DNA from: Geosiphon pyriformis uo1
Taxonomy: Eukaryota > Fungi > Glomeromycota
NCBI GenBank assembly: GCA_016748015.1
Contig: JAAOMT010000617.1
Coordinates: forward strand, 62,001-126,000
Direction: 5' to 3'
Length of the DNA: 64,000 nt
Shown here in pieces: positions 14,528 to 29,924 of this stretch. Below the pieces are notes generated by a model. It saw nothing but the letters and a program-made list of their open reading frames with translations. It searched no databases and had not been told where the DNA came from. Every line of letters starts with the position of its first letter. Position 1 is the first letter of the stretch. The position numbers and the translations under genes are program-made.

Positions 14528-16047
14528 CAATAATTAAAAGAACACTTTAAAACACACAACAAAAATAATCTAGACTTTATTAAACTTAACCTTTTGCTCT
14601 TCTGCTTGATTTGTTTTTCCATTAAAAAACAATCCAGTAGACAATTCCAAGACTTTTGAAACTGGTTCTTAAATGAGCATTCAACTAAAATCTACACAGC
14701 CTATACAATCTATTACTTTGACCAAGCTTATTTTAAAGACAACTTTGAAAAAAGAAACAACAGTATCAATCAACTTTTATACTCCACAACCTTTGAACAA
14801 CAGTCTCCTGATTTCAAATATCTGAATCATCAAATCCACATTTGGATTGCTGCCCATCAATCAACTGAAACTTCCTTTGAAACAGAAGAAAAAAGCTACC
14901 AAACTGCTTCTGTTTTTGACTTTTTATCAAGCAAATTAGACTTATCCACACAAACAGTTACCTCTGAACCAATAGCTAATGATCTTATGTAAGCAAACAT
15001 CTTGGCCACTTTTTAAGGTATACAAACTGCTCTAGGAAGAAGAAACAATACCCCACTACTACTATTCAAAGGTGATGCACAAAATCCAATTGAATGGTTA
15101 GATGATTTTGAAAAAACTGTCACAGCCAATCAATATGATAATAAATACAAGTTCCAAATTGTTGGTGGCTATCTTCAAGGCTTTCCTGCTACCTGGTTCT
15201 TACAAGAAACAGATGCCAATGTCCATTAAAAAATTATTAAATGAACATCTGCAAATACTGGAGAGAACAATACCTCTTTTACTACCCAGTTTGAAAATAA
15301 GTTCAGAATCCCAATTTTAATATCCAAGTGGCACATGAAATTAGAAAGAAAAACTCAAGACCCAGGAAAAATAATAACTGAATATGCCAAAGCAATAAGA
15401 AAGCTAATTAAATGGGTAGACTCAGAAAGAAATTGGACAGAAAAGCAGAAAATACATTCCTTTACAAAAAAATTGAGAACTGATTTCTCATATGTTTTCT
15501 GGTCTTAAAAGATAATCCCACAATAAATATGGCTATTGAACTTGCCCAAAAAATAGAAGATAACCAAAAAATGCATCTGGAATCTACTTTTCTTGTTTTT
15601 GCTTCTGCTTCTGTTATGGCTTTTGCTCCCAAAATGGCTGTTATCTTTTTTGCTGCCTAAACTTAAGATCCAAATGAACAGTTAATAGATAGACTTATAG
15701 CTAATCTTCTCTGGTTACTAGAACCCTTAGCCTAAGCAGTTAGAGAGAATTAACAACTACAAAGACCCAGATTTGAATCTCATTTTAATCAGCTCCAGCA
15801 ACTCCCTTATCAAAAACAACAAAATTATGGCTCACTTGTGTGTTATTGTTGTGGATTAACTGAACATTTCTCCAAAGATTGCAACAATCCTTCTCTGCTT
15901 TCTCCAGCTCCTAGAAACAATGACAATTAAAACAACAGAACTATTAACAACAATATCTCCAATTAAAGACCTAATCATCCCAACATCAATTTTTTTGAAA
16001 AGAATCTTCTAGTTGAAGCTACTGTTTATCAGTCTTTAAACTGGTAG
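14528..16047 (+). pseudogene. gag: B1 gag (N-terminal extension, capsid, CCHC knuckle); start uncertain
   Basis: PIEWLDDFE..., CYCCGLTEHFSKDC knuckle, stop TAG just after the TTTAAAC slippery site. Confidence 0.8.
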
Positions 16048-16519
16048 GTGTACCTCCAAAGGATGAAAGTGCAAGCCAACCAGAAGAAAATCCCTTTTAT
16101 GCTTTTAACCTAATTGATAATAATCATAATATAGATGAACTGGCTATTAATCTCTTTGACTTGACAAAAAAGAAGAAGAAAGCCAAGGTTAATTTCATTT
16201 TAGATCTCAACAAAGCCTCAATTTCCATTGCTGATAACAATAAGCCACTAAAAGCCAAAGTTTTTAAGAATTCTCCAAAGTTGGAACCCCTAGAAATAGT
16301 ACAAAAATCTGGTTATTATTCTGTTGTCAAAGATTTTATGAAAACACTTGCTTATATTATCTTTGGCCAGTTAATAATTCATCTTCAATTTAAAAAAAAT
16401 CTTTGCAAATTCTTGATTCCTAAGAAAAAAACACCAAAGACCAACAAGCACCCATGCCAAGCTGGACTTGCTGACAACAATAATGTTACTTCTCTTATTT
16501 GTAAAGCCCAAGTAGCTGG

Positions 16520-17194
16520 TATTACCTGAATAGAAAAACCAATCCAAAGTTATAAAGAAACATGACCAAAACATGACCAAAACATAACATAACACAGAAT
16601 AGTGCACAATAATATTGGATAATGCATTATAACATAGGATAACATGTTATAATGCAGGATAATACAGAATAGCACACAATAATATTGGATAAATGTGTTA
16701 TAATATAGTATAATGTGTTATCTCACAGAATAATACAGAATAACATATAATAACATCAGATAACATATTATAACATAGAATAACTAGTGATAATATAAAA
16801 AAATGAAACAATAACAGAAATAACAAAGCAATAGTTAGTGATAGTAAAACAATTAAAAGTAATTCTGTAAAACCAAAAGAATATATAAAAGTAAGTAGTA
16901 GTAAAAATTAGAAAAAGAGACAGATAGATACAAATTTCTAGACAAGAATCAAATATTCATACCTCTTCATCATTTATTATCTTTCCTATTTTATCTTCTG
17001 AAATAAACCAATTATTAAAGAAATCAGAATTACGAATTCATGTTCTCAAACTTTGTGGAATTTATGTGAATTAATCCTTGTCTCATATCTTTGTTCTAGG
17101 ACAGATGCTTTTAGCATAACCACCTTGAACTATTAACAATTTGGACCAATTGCTCTTGATCACAGTAATTGATGATACTAATTTATCTTTTCTT

Positions 17195-17239
<45 letters not shown>

Positions 17240-17634
17240 CTTATTTTTTGTGAAGCAGCAACATAGTAAAATTGACTGTCTAGAAATAGACTTCATGATA
17301 GCCTGGTAAAAGAGGGAAGCTCTCCCTAAGTTTTGGATATTAACATTATCTTGTTAGCTTACCAGAAGAGCAAAAAGACAACACCAGACCCTAACAACTG
17401 CACTCGTTAGCTTAGAAAAGAAAGCTCACATTTATGAAAAATGTTGCAATCGATGAAAGACAAACTCTGTGCCTTATAACCAAAGAACTTAATAGGTAAA
17501 ATCACATCCAGAAATAGATCTTCAGAAACTGATAATCAAAACTAAGCCAACAGAATTACACGGAAGACACATTATCAATAATTGAGAGCACCAAACATTA
17601 CTATTTCTCATACCCACCAAGTTTACTCATAACA
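16520..17634 (+). mobile_element. J: solo LTR of a separate family
   Basis: T(A)TTACC...TAACA ends, TSD CTGG/CTAG splitting the QVAG|YFID codons, U3 tandem repeats, TATATAAAAG at about 16883, UGAUCA hairpin. Confidence 0.85.
17197..17239 (+). repeat. poly(T) tract inside solo LTR J
   Basis: About 43 T, positionally equivalent to the pyrimidine tract after TACTAAC in family-A LTRs. Confidence 0.9.
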
Positions 17635-19912
17635 CTAGTTACTTCATTGATCTGATCCTAGACAATAGATTATCTGTTAGCATTATTGCCAAACACTTCT
17701 TAGAAACAATTGGCAAAAAGATTGATGAATTGTTCACAAGACCAATGACTAATGTACATAATAATAATAAAAAAGATTTGGATATAGCCAAAGCTGTTTC
17801 TGTCTGAATTAATGGCATTAGCATTGAAACTAACATGAAAGTATCTGAAGCAAAAGAATACACCATAATAGTTGGCAATAAATGGCTTAAGAAAGCAAAA
17901 GCCTTGCTTAATTATAAACTCTGTAAACTAACCATCAGATGTAGTAAAAAATTTATCATGGTTAAGTGTTGCCATTAGACAACTCCTCCAATACTCAAAC
18001 AAAGCCAAAAAAAAAAGCAATCAGATGAGTCAGATGATGAAGAAAGTGATAAAGAAGATAAACAAGAAGAACAAAAAGAAACTGCTGAACTTGTCTACAC
18101 TATTTTTACCAACAATAGCAAACCATTAGATAATATCAAAGCAAATAAAGAAAAAATTATGGTAAATGACAAGCTGATTTGTTGGCCCTACTATGATATT
18201 CTCAGAAAAATCTTTGACAGAAAGCCTGGCAAGAAAGCCAAATACAGTTATTGGTGACATGATCTTTGTGTCCAGTGCTGGTGCAATAAACCATTGTACT
18301 TTTCTAGCAATAAATACATGTCCTGCCTGATCTATTACAAAGATTAAAAACCAATCAGCTTGATACCTTGTAAAGAAATAAAAAAAGTTCAAAAGTCTTT
18401 TAAGAATAAACTATCTGAGATTTAATCATTAATTATAGAACAAAAAAAACTCTTCTCTAAAGAAAAAAAAGTGAATATTGAAAATCTATTGGCTAAAAAT
18501 AGCCCAGTTATATTTAAAGAAAGTAATGCTCCTGGATGCACTCATGTAATACAACATATTATTACCACCAGAAAAACTTGTTCTATCCACTTAAAGCCTT
18601 ATTAGTCCAATTATTACAATGATAAATTCATTAAGAAAGAAATAAACCAGATAAAAATCTTGGATTCATACAAAAAACCAAGAGCAAATAGGTATTTTCA
18701 GTTGTAGTAATATCCAAGAAAGGTGGAATCTTATACTTTTGTGTTGACTACTGCCAATTAAATGTTATCATTAAAAAAAACATGTATCCACTCTCCAAAA
18801 TTGATGCAATGCTAAACCAATTTAATGGTACTGCTTTTTTCTCAATCATTAATCTAACTGCTAAATTCTGGCAAGTAAAGATAGATCCAGAAAGCAGAAA
18901 AAAAACTGCCTTTATCACCAAGTATGGCACCTATGAATTCACAGTTATGCTTTTTGGTTTCATTAATGCTCTTCTCATATTTTAATGTCTAATGGACAAA
19001 GTATTTGAATTAGTAAAAGAAAACTTTGTTTTAGTTTACTTGAATGACATAATAGTATACTCAAAAACCTGGGATGAACATCTTGAACATTTGCAAAAAG
19101 TTTTTAATCTTCTCAGAAATGCTGGTCCTAAGATCAATCCAATTAAATCTTTCTTTGAACATCAATCTACTCAGTTCCTTGGTTATCTTATTACAAAAGA
19201 TGGAATTTTCTCTGATCCAGCCAAAGTGGAAAAAGTTCAAAACATTAGACAATTAATAAATGTATATAAATTACACTCTTTCCTTGGTTTGACCTTCTAT
19301 TATCGTAAATTTGTCAAGAATTTTTCCAAAATTGCTGCTCCTTTCAATCAGCTACTTAGAAAAAATGTTAATTATTACTGGAGCACTCATTAACAAAAAG
19401 CTTTTGAAATTTTGAAGAAAAAACTGGTTACAGAACCTATTCTTATGCAACTTGATCTAGATCAATCTTTTATCCTCCACACTAATGTATCTGGTTATGG
19501 ACTTGGTGCTGTTTTCTTTCAAAAAGATGAAGATGGCAAAGAACATATCATAGCATATGTCAGTAGAACTTTCACACCAGCCAAAAGGAACTACTCCATT
19601 ACTAAGCAAGAATGCTTAGCAATAGTTTGGGCTACTAGTTACTAGGACAAATATCTTTTTAGTGTGAAGTTTTTGGTGATAACAGATCACCAAGCCTTGG
19701 TTTGGCTATGTAACAAAAAAAAACTGAAACACAAATAGATAACTTGCTGAATATTTCACTTGGACAAATTCAACTATAACATCCAACACCACAAAGAAGC
19801 TATTTATCAAAATGCCAATACTCTCTTCAAACTTACCATTCAGTAATAGTATAATCTTCTCAAATTAAACCAACTTAATTATTAATAACTCCTCTTTTAA
19901 CAAAACATAATA

Positions 19913-21226
19913 ATAAACTTGGACAACTACTTTGCCTTAATAGAATTTTTAGGTAAAGGACAATACTTACCAGAATACACTTGACAACAAAGAGAACATT
20001 TGTGCAAACAATCAAATTTCTATTTGATCCACCAAAACCAATTATATAAAAGAAATAAAAAAGATCCTGACCACTTCCAAAGAGTCATCAGATTTGAAAA
20101 AAAAGAAATTGTAATATACAACATATATACTGACCCATTAGCTAGACACTTTGGAAAAACAAAAACAATTCAAAAAACTTTAGCTCACTATTATTGGTCT
20201 ATCTTGAAAAAAAACATTGCTGAATACATTAAAACCTATGACATCTGCCAAAAAAGAGACAAACCCAATCACAAAAAAGATATTCATTCAATCTTTGTTA
20301 GTCAACTATTTGACAGAATTGGTATAGATGTTATTGAATTTTTAACAATAACTCCTAATGGCAACAGATACATTATTACAGTTATTGACTATCTTACAAA
20401 GTGGGTAAAAGCAAGAGCCACTCCAGACCAAACAGTAATCTCAATAGCCAATTTCATTTATGAAAATATTATCTGCCATCATGGCTGCTTCAAAGAACTT
20501 TTATCTAATAAAAAAAGAGCTTTTCTCAGTACACTGGTTAAAGAACTTTGTAAAAAAATGAGAATATGTCATAAACTTTCTTCTTCTTACCACTCTTAAA
20601 CAAATGGCTTAGTAGAATGTTTCAATAGAACACTATGTGAAACTCTGGCCAAAACTAGTGAAGAAACAAACTTATGAGACAAAGTACTGTTTTCAGCTTT
20701 GTTTGCTTATAGAACTGTGAATTATGATATAACAAGTTATGAACCTTTTTATCTGCTCTATGAACACATGACAACACTACCAATAAAAATTGACATTGAG
20801 ACAATACCCTTTAAAAAGATCACAATAGAAAATTACAAAGACATTTTGCAAAAAAAACTTGGTACCATTCTTGACTCCTTAATAGAAGCATGAATAATTG
20901 CTTTTAAAAAGATAAAACAGTTCCAAGAAAAGCTTAAAAAAAAGAAAACCTATAAAACACTTTTTTTAAGTATTGGTAACTTGGTAATGGAATACTGTTT
21001 AGACAAAGACAATATCTATGGTGATAAATTTTCTAGCCAGTGAAAAGAACTCTTTATAGTCAACAAAGTTTTGAACAATGATTCTTATATTTTTTAAGAT
21101 CAATCCAGAACAATCTTCAATGATCATCCTGTTTATGATATACAACTCAAGAAATATTATAAACGATCTGATTGGTTGCTTGTTATGGTAATACTGATCC
21201 AAATAATTAGCAAAAATCAAGTATAA
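19913..21226 (+). pseudogene. B1 integrase (separate ORF)
   Basis: H2C2 remnant, IGIDV, DYLTKW, GLVE.FN; homologous to B2 integrase. Confidence 0.88.
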
Positions 21227-22395
21227 ATAAAAGCATCATTTTCAAAACAAAGATATCTTCAATTAATATGAACAATTATTTTCTGGATTAAAACATTCAA
21301 AATGTCTTCTATACTTTTCATAAGTATTGGATCAAAAACTATCCAAATGCTACTCTGACTATTAAAAAACAAACTACCATAACTGATAACAGTAGAACAT
21401 ATACTGTTATTAGACCAAAAAAAACCACTACCAGAAGAGAAAAAATTGGTAGCAAAATGGATAAATATCTGTTAGAGAGTATAACAGCAGCTATACTCTT
21501 ATCTTTGTTACTTATAAAAAAAACAGATATAGAAAATAGTAGACTAATAAAAAAGTAGTAGTTAGCATGTGAACACACTGCTCAGCAATGTGAAGCAATG
21601 TCAAAAATTACAGCACATTACTCAACAATGTGGAGCAATATTAGAAATTAGGACACATTGTTTAACAATGTAAGCATTGCTCAAGAAATCATAGTACATT
21701 GCTCAAGAATGTGAGCAATCTCATAGAACATAAATTAGGTATATATAGTGGTAACATTAAAAGCAAAAAAGACAGACCTTTTAGTTTAGATTTGATCTAA
21801 GCAACTTTTCCATTCACAAATATTAATAAATAATTATTTACTATTTTAATTCATTTCCCACTATTAACACTTTATATTGATAGTAATTGATACTTAACCA
21901 CATTGAAAAAATAGCTCTTAATTACAGCTATTGATGGAATACTAACATACAAATTGCCTTGGCTTATTTTTTTATTTCTTTTTCTTGCTTTATTTTTGTT
22001 GTTATTTTGTTAACTTGATTAAAAGAAATTACACATAAAGGTACTAATGTCAGAATATAGCACTGGTAAAAAACCCAGGAATAAAAATAGACACTTGAAA
22101 TTGAGGATATCTTACCAGGAGAATTACCGGCCATTATGCTGAGAAAAAAATTGATAAAACCGTGGTTTCAGGAAGCTACAGATAAAACTCTCAATTAAAT
22201 CTCTGTTTATTATACAAAAGACTCAACCAAAACATTCAAATACAAACAATCTACAAATATTACCAACATCATTAATTGAACACCAAATTATGAGTTTGTT
22301 ATTTGATTTAAGACTCCAAATAATCACCTGTAATATTTGGTGCTTCCTATGAGATTTAATCTTACAGAAAACCAGCACCAACAACAATCCAAAAA

Positions 22396-25300
22396 GTGGC
22401 AAAACCAAAAAGAATAGGGACAAACCATTTAAGATTCACTAAATTTTTGTTTCAATATTACTGTTAACATTTGAGATTAATTAACAATTACCTATCAGCA
22501 GAATCAGCCTTTAACTTCTATGTCAATAAAAAAATCTCATATTTGTTCAGAGTACCAATAGAAACCAACTCAGCCAAAAGAAATTTCTACAACAAATTAA
22601 TTTAAAATACCAGTCTACCAGCAAACTATAATTTTACAGCAATTCTCACTGAAATTAATAAAAAAATTAAACATCATATTCAACAAAGATACCCAATTAC
22701 CTATGCAAACAAAGGCAAAGAAAAACTACAAACACTAGCAGTAATACCAACCACTTATTTAGAAGAAAACAAGAGTAAAATCTCCAACCAATCCATCATA
22801 CTATTATATACTTAGAAGTACTATTAACATCTTATTAGTAGGTGTATCCATATTAAATATGACATTAACATTTGGATAACTCCTATTTTAAAGTAAACAA
22901 AAGAAAGCAGAATTATTAGGAACCTATAACAATTACTTTGAAGGATTTAAATCGCAATTGCCAATACTATCAGAATTCTAATTACTGCCACCTCCACCAG
23001 ATTTTGGAACTGCAAGTCCTTGGGAGATAATAGCTTCAGAAAAAAAAGAAAAAAAAAAAGAAGATAAAGAATTTAATTACCAAAACCCAATCCTAGAAAA
23101 TCTGGAAGTTGAAGTTCTGAATATTCAAATCCAGCAAACTTCAAACAATTCAAACCCTGAGTTAATTAATTAGCAAAACTTACCTCCAGAAATTGTTATT
23201 AATCAACAAACAATTAATTCGATTGCTGAACAACTTCAACAGCTGTCAATACTACTTTAGCAATTATTTTTTCAACAACAACAACAACAACTAAACTTGG
23301 ATCCAATGGCCTATGTCTCAATTACAAAACTCGAAAAATTCATGGGTAAAGAAGATGATGCCCAAGTATGGCTAAACAATGTTGAAAAAGCCATTGCAAC
23401 CAACAGATAAAATAATGCCAAAGCCATGCAAGCCATTTCATACTTTTTTCAGAATACTGCCAACTTATGGTATTAAAGCTTAACCAACAAATCTCAGTAT
23501 TTCAATGTATTTAAGCTTGCATTCCTACAATATTTTAGCAATAATAGTAGTATTAACTATCTAGCAAATATCTTCACCACTATCAAACAAGGAGAAACTG
23601 AAACAGTTACTACTTATTTAAGATGCTTCCACAGAAATCTGCATTAAATTCAGACAATACAGGCTGATTATTTTACAGCACCACAAATCCTAAATCAATT
23701 CATTAAAGATCTGTGCAGTAGCATCCTCCAATGTGTATTTCCATTGCATCCAGTAAATCTTCAAGCCATTGTTACAAATACAAAAGATTTTGAAGCCACT
23801 AAATTAGAGGCTAACTACGTCCAAGCCATAAATCTAGTTATAAATGGATCATCTGACTTGAATTCCAAATTGAAACAACTCAGTGATTTAATTAATTAGA
23901 AATTAGAAAAATACTTAACTGACAATTATGCAATTTATTAGCCATCTCAATAATGCAATAATTCTGGAAATGTGAATTGTTCTTAAAATTAGTTGTGTTC
24001 TTTAACATCATCCAATCAGCTGTGGCACCAAGAAATGCATGTTTGCCACAACTGTAGTAAACAAGACCATTTGAGAATTGACTGCTATTCTTATAATAAT
24101 AATCCACAATTGGGAAACCAATATTGAAACCCTGATCGCAGGTTTCAAAACCCAAATCAATACCCAAATCAGAATCAATACTTATCTCATTACACCCAAA
24201 TAATACAGCAGCCAATTTATTAACTATTAGTATATCAAGCTCCAATTTATCAGCTGACAACACCCATTATTTATCAGCCACAGCTGCAAGTAATATACCA
24301 GCTCCAACAAATTCAAACACCACCATAAAACTTACCTCAAACTAAAACACAAAGGCTAAGAATGATACAACAAAACTGGAGATTGGCAATAGTTGTCCAT
24401 TAACAAATTCTCAGCTCTTCTACTCAACAATTAGGAACATGTTCTTGGAATTTGGAGACTAGATACATCCAAAACCCGAATTCTCAACACTATTTAAGCC
24501 TCTTAGTAAACCCAAAAAACACTTCAAACAATTATCAGAAGTCCAATTAAACACAACTATTCACTAGCAACATACCTCCAGCCACCATTACCAATAACAA
24601 ATTACTAGCAGCAATTTTCCTGTTTGAACTTGAGGAACTGTTATCTATGCCCTTGTTTAGTGGAGCCACTCTTGAAAAAAAACTGATTACCACCATGTAC
24701 ATTAATGCTAAAGTTGATGGCCATTCTATTAAACTCATATTAGATAGTAGATTGACAGACAGCATTATCACATAACAACTCATGAACCAATTAGGTTGTC
24801 AAGTTGATTATATTGCTAGCACCAGAATCATAATAATTGATAGAGTGACCAAAACTTCAATTGGAGAAATTGATAACTTATCCATCAAAATCAATGGCAT
24901 TATAGTACTCATCAAAGTTCTTGTAATAGAAGCTATATAATATCAAGCACTAGTTGGTAATGACTGGCTAGTCAAAACCAATGCCATGCTTGACTGGAAT
25001 ATGCAAGAACTACAGCTTAGTCAGGATAGATAACATATAAGAGTGCCAGTCACATGTGACTACTTTAAACCAAACAACACCCCACTAGCACCACTAATTA
25101 AAGTCGAGAAAGAAAAAAAAACCTATCTGGGAAGCCTACCAAGTCTTGTGGGCTAACAATGATCACAACAAACTATTACCAATACTATTCTGGAATAACA
25201 ATAGAAAGAGAAAGCAAAAAAGAGAACTTACAGAAAATATTAACCAAATATGGTAAACTAATGACAACAGTATCAAGCTGACATCAACTTGGGAGTAGAA

Positions 25301-28300
25301 AGAGAATAACAAGGGAAAAGGAAAAAAGAAGAAAAAAAAACCAGTCCCAACCACCATTATTTATAGTCCATACACTTATACTTTACTACAACTGTCTAAC
25401 TATTGCTAACTGAAACTGGTATGTGTTAATTATGACAAAAAATTGTCATTAATAGGTGTATGTTGCAGCAACAATGAGGAATATGCCATAGTAACAAAAT
25501 TCTATTGCCACTTATGCTTTATAGAATGATTTGGATAACCAAAAAAACAAGGAAAATGGGATAACAAATCTTGTTTTGCCTGTAGAATTATTTTGTCTAA
25601 CAAAGGAATGTGAAATGATATTCCTGAGTGTGGAGGGACGTGTGATAAGACATGCCAGTATACCATCCTGATAAATGACTGGATATGCAAAAGAACTTCA
25701 ATCAATGACACCTGAAAAGAGCGTTGTGACAGTTGAAAAGATATCCTTATAATGAACATAAAATTTGAAAAATGGTAAGTGCAAAAGCAGAAGATGCGAC
25801 TACCAGTGAGCTGTTAGAAATTAAAAATAATCTACTTTTACTGCCTGAACCTGAATATGTCCCCACCTTTGACATCTTTGGCAACATTGAGAATAATCCT
25901 GAAAAATTTTATGAGCACTACCAATTACTGGCACTTATCAGAGAAGAGCAGAAACAATGCTTGGGAGAAATTAACACCTAACTATGTGATCATTGTTTGA
26001 TCTCATGTGATTTTCAATATTGTAATGAGTGTAATTTTATCTACAATCGACCACTATGTATAATCTACACAATTCCCAAAGAGAAAAAACCAATCAGCAG
26101 CTGTGCATCAAAATTAGAATTAATATTTAATTCTGATTCAAACTCTGACAGCAACAACAATAAAAACAATAGTTCCAGTTCCATTCAAGATGACAATAAT
26201 AATTACAATAATTCGAACTCTGATTTAAACCTTGAACAATATATCATGCTCTCTAATCTTACCAAAGAGCAAGAACTAAGATGGTTTAGCAATAATAATG
26301 AAGATATTATGCCAAAATGTGTGCATAATACCAATGCAAAGTTTAATCTAAGATATCCAAGAAAAGATGCCATCAAATTGGAACCATATTTATGCACTTG
26401 CATTGATCTCAAAGTAGCATTAGAAATTCTAGCAACAACAATGGTTCAATTAGCATCTAGAAGTAGTTTAGCAAAAAAGGGAATCAATATCAGAGAAGGA
26501 ATAATTGATGCAAGATATATAGGAAATATTATTGCTATGCTACAAAATAACTTAGAAAAGACCTATATTATAGAGCCAAATGAAAAGATAGCACAGGCAA
26601 TATTTCTGCCTCTGGTTAAAGTAGCTTAATTAGTATTAGTGAGAAACAGGGAAAAATTAGGGATTACAGCTAAAGGAATACAAGAATTCGGATCCACAGG
26701 TAGAATAAATGTACCAGTTAATATGACAGGAGAAAAAATTGTTAACAAAAGAGAAATTATTTCCACCTGTCAATCAATTTTTATTCCATCATATAATCAG
26801 TATATGGTAGTTATAAAAAGAAAAGTAAAAAATCAGATTCAGATTTTTAAGGCAAAAGCAACACTGTGTGAATCAGGAAAGATTGGATTAGTCAATTTAC
26901 ACATACCAGCCAAAAACTACAGTTACATAAAAATTTTCATTTACAACAATACAGAAGACATCATCGAGATACCAGAAGGAACCACTATTGGATATTTAAT
27001 CACCAAAATTGAAAAACAATCACCAAACCATATTTCAGACTTTTCACAATTGTGTGGATATGTAGATATTATATCTCAAACAATATACAGATGAAAAAAA
27101 TGTTATCTGTTTCAACCAGAACAATTGGAACAGATGAATTTGGGGAATTTAGACCCATTACAATATATGCAGCTCAAGATGCTATTCAACAACTTCAACA
27201 ATATCTTTGCCAGTGAAAATAAATTTGACAGAACTAACATAATCTAGCATTAGATTAAAACTGAAGATGCAATGCCAATCAAACAAAGAGCATATTAAAT
27301 ACCACCTACTAGCCATAAGATCATTCATTAAAAAATCAACTAGATGCTTGACAATGGACTAATTTAGTCATCAATGAGCCCATGGTCATTACCAGTAGTA
27401 TTAGTCTATAAAAAAATGGAAAATTTTGCTTTTGTGTGAATTACTGAAAACTGAATGAAGTAACCAAAGATAATAGCTACCTGGCTCCAAAGATCCAAGA
27501 ACTTTTCGATGCTTTTGAAGGAAAAAAATGGTTCTACTCTGAATTTAGACAGTAGTTATTAGCAAGTAGTCATAAAACCAGAAGACAAGAAAAAAACAGC
27601 TTTCACAATTCGAAAAAAAAATTTTGAATTTGAAGTTATGCCATTTGGCTTAATAAATGCACCAGCAACATTTCAATGACTTATAGAAATTGTTTATACT
27701 AGACTGCTATGGAAATCAGTAGTCATATATTTGGATAACACTAATGTGTTTTCCAAAACATTTGATAATTATCTATACCATCTTCAACAAATATTTTAAA
27801 GACTAAAAAAAACTGAATTAAAATTAAATACAACCAAGTGTTTCTTTGAAAAAACTGAACTCAAGTTTTTGGGATATGTTGTAAGCAAAGACAGTATCAA
27901 AATGGATCCAGACAAGATTAAAGTAGTCAAGAACTTTCCAGTACCAATTAACTTGACAGAATTAAGGGCATTCTTAGAATTTGCTGGATACTATCACCAC
28001 TTTATCAAAGATTTTTTAAACTGGTCCAGCCATTACACTAGCTTCAATCAAAAAACACCAAGTATGAATAGACAAAAAACCAACAAGAAGCTTTCAACAT
28101 ATTAAGAAGAAAACTTATTCAAGCTCTAGTGTTAATGTATCCAGATCACAGCAAACCATTCATTATTATTACTGATGCATTAGGCCAAGCATTGGAAGCA
28201 GTATTGTTGTAGAGAGGACTAAATAAAAGAAAACATCCAGTAGCATATGCCAGCCAAAATTTGAGTCCAACAGAAAAAAACTATAAAACATTAGCATTAG

Positions 28301-28530
28301 AACACTTAGCCATCTATTGGGCAGTATTGAAATAGAAAAAATACTTAAGCTAAAAATTTGACATATACATGGATCATAAAGAATTGATTTTAATTCAAAA
28401 GCAAGAGTTTGGAAATGATTGCCATGCCAGATAAAAAATAGAACTTTCACTATTTAATTATACAGTACATTACAAAAAAGGAAAAAAAAATAGAAATGCT
28501 AACAGATTGTTACGGATGAGACAAATCTAA
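22396..28530 (+). pseudogene. gag-pol: D gag-pol (N-terminal domain, CA, knuckle, PR, Cys-rich, dUTPase, RT, RNaseH)
   Basis: MAYVSITKLEKF, CHNCSKQDH, LILDS, YLDNT, ITDALG; many C>T/G>A stops. Confidence 0.9.
26309..26701 (+). pseudogene. dut: dUTPase domain in D pol
   Basis: Trimeric dUTPase motifs A.F.L, RSS, GIIDA.Y.G, EKIAQ, GIQ.FGSTG. Confidence 0.9.
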
Positions 28531-28560
28531 AAACATTTTAACCTAAAAATATAACAAAAG

Positions 28561-29870
28561 ATAAATATACAAAAATACCAACAACTCCAACATTATATAA
28601 ATACCCAATTGTTCAAGAAGAAATTATCTCAAAAAAAACAAAACAACATAAAACAACAATCAAAATATTTTATCAACCAACTAAAGTAATTAAAGAACCA
28701 AAAAAAGAAACAATATTGTTTAACATGTATTTAGATCTAAAAGTAGGACATTTTTATAAAAAAGCAACCATAGAAAGAACCAGAAAAAAATATTATTGGC
28801 TATTTATATATTAAGACATCATCTAATATGTTCAAAATTGTGATGCTTATTAGAGAAAAAGAGGAACAAAATCCAGTAAACCATTAAGACCAATCAAAAT
28901 GGGACAACTATTTGATTACATTGGAATTAACCTAGTCAGACTATTAACTATAACCAGCAGAGGCAACAGATATATTGCAGTAGCCATGAACTATCTTACA
29001 AAATGGCCAGAAGCAAAAGCCATTTAAAGAACAGATGCAGAATCCATTGCCAAATTTGTTTATTAAGATTTAATCTGTCAATACAGATGTCCAAAAGAAC
29101 TATTATCTGACCAAGGAATTTATTTTGTAAATAAAACATTGGCAGAATTAAGTCAACAATTTAGGATAAAAAGACCATTATTATCACCATATTATCCACA
29201 AACCAATAGGCTAGTAGAAAGATTTAATAGAACATTGTGTAAAGCAATTGCCAAAATCAGCCAAAAAAACCAAGAAAAATAAGATTTGTTTATACCATCA
29301 GTATTATTTGCTTATTAGACAATGAAGCAAGACACTACATAAGCAACACTATTTGAATTAGTATATGGTAGAACAGCAACATTACCAGTTAAGATAGAAG
29401 TACAAACATATCCAATAGAACCAATAATAAAAGACAATTTCCAAAGAACATTGTTGAAAAAAACATATAACTTAATAAAGACACTAGAAAACAAATGGCA
29501 AAGAGCAACTGATAACATCCAAAAGTCACAAAAAAAACAAAAAAAACTAGTTAAATTCAAGATTGGAGACAAAGTACTTCTACATCATACCAAAGCAGAG
29601 AAACAATGGAATGGAAAATTTGACCCCAAATAGGATGGACCATTTTACATAGAAAAAATTCTTGAAAATAGAGCTTATAAATTAAGATGGAACAACAAAA
29701 TTTTAGTTAAAGCAGCATATGGTGATTGACTAAAACCATACCACTATATAGTATTATTATTTACCAATAATATTTCACAACTGGGAGTACAATGAATACT
29801 AGTCCAACCAAATAAGATTCCATAAGATCTGGAATCAATCATAGTTATTGAACCAAACATGTCAAATTGA
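28561..29870 (+). pseudogene. D integrase (separate ORF)
   Basis: Follows two in-frame TAA stops; LLSDQG, LVERFN, DGPFYI. Confidence 0.87.
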
Positions 29871-29924
29871 ACAACCAAAAAAATATATAAAGACACAGTA
29901 TACACAACAAAAGCAACAAAAAAA

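Larger units (their letters stand above)
16035..19846 (+). pseudogene. pol: B1 pol (protease-Cys motif-RT-RNaseH), interrupted by solo LTR J
   Basis: IDLILD protease, YPLSKID, VYLND (YLDD-derived), HTNVSGYGLGAV; ends CAG TAA TAG. Confidence 0.88.
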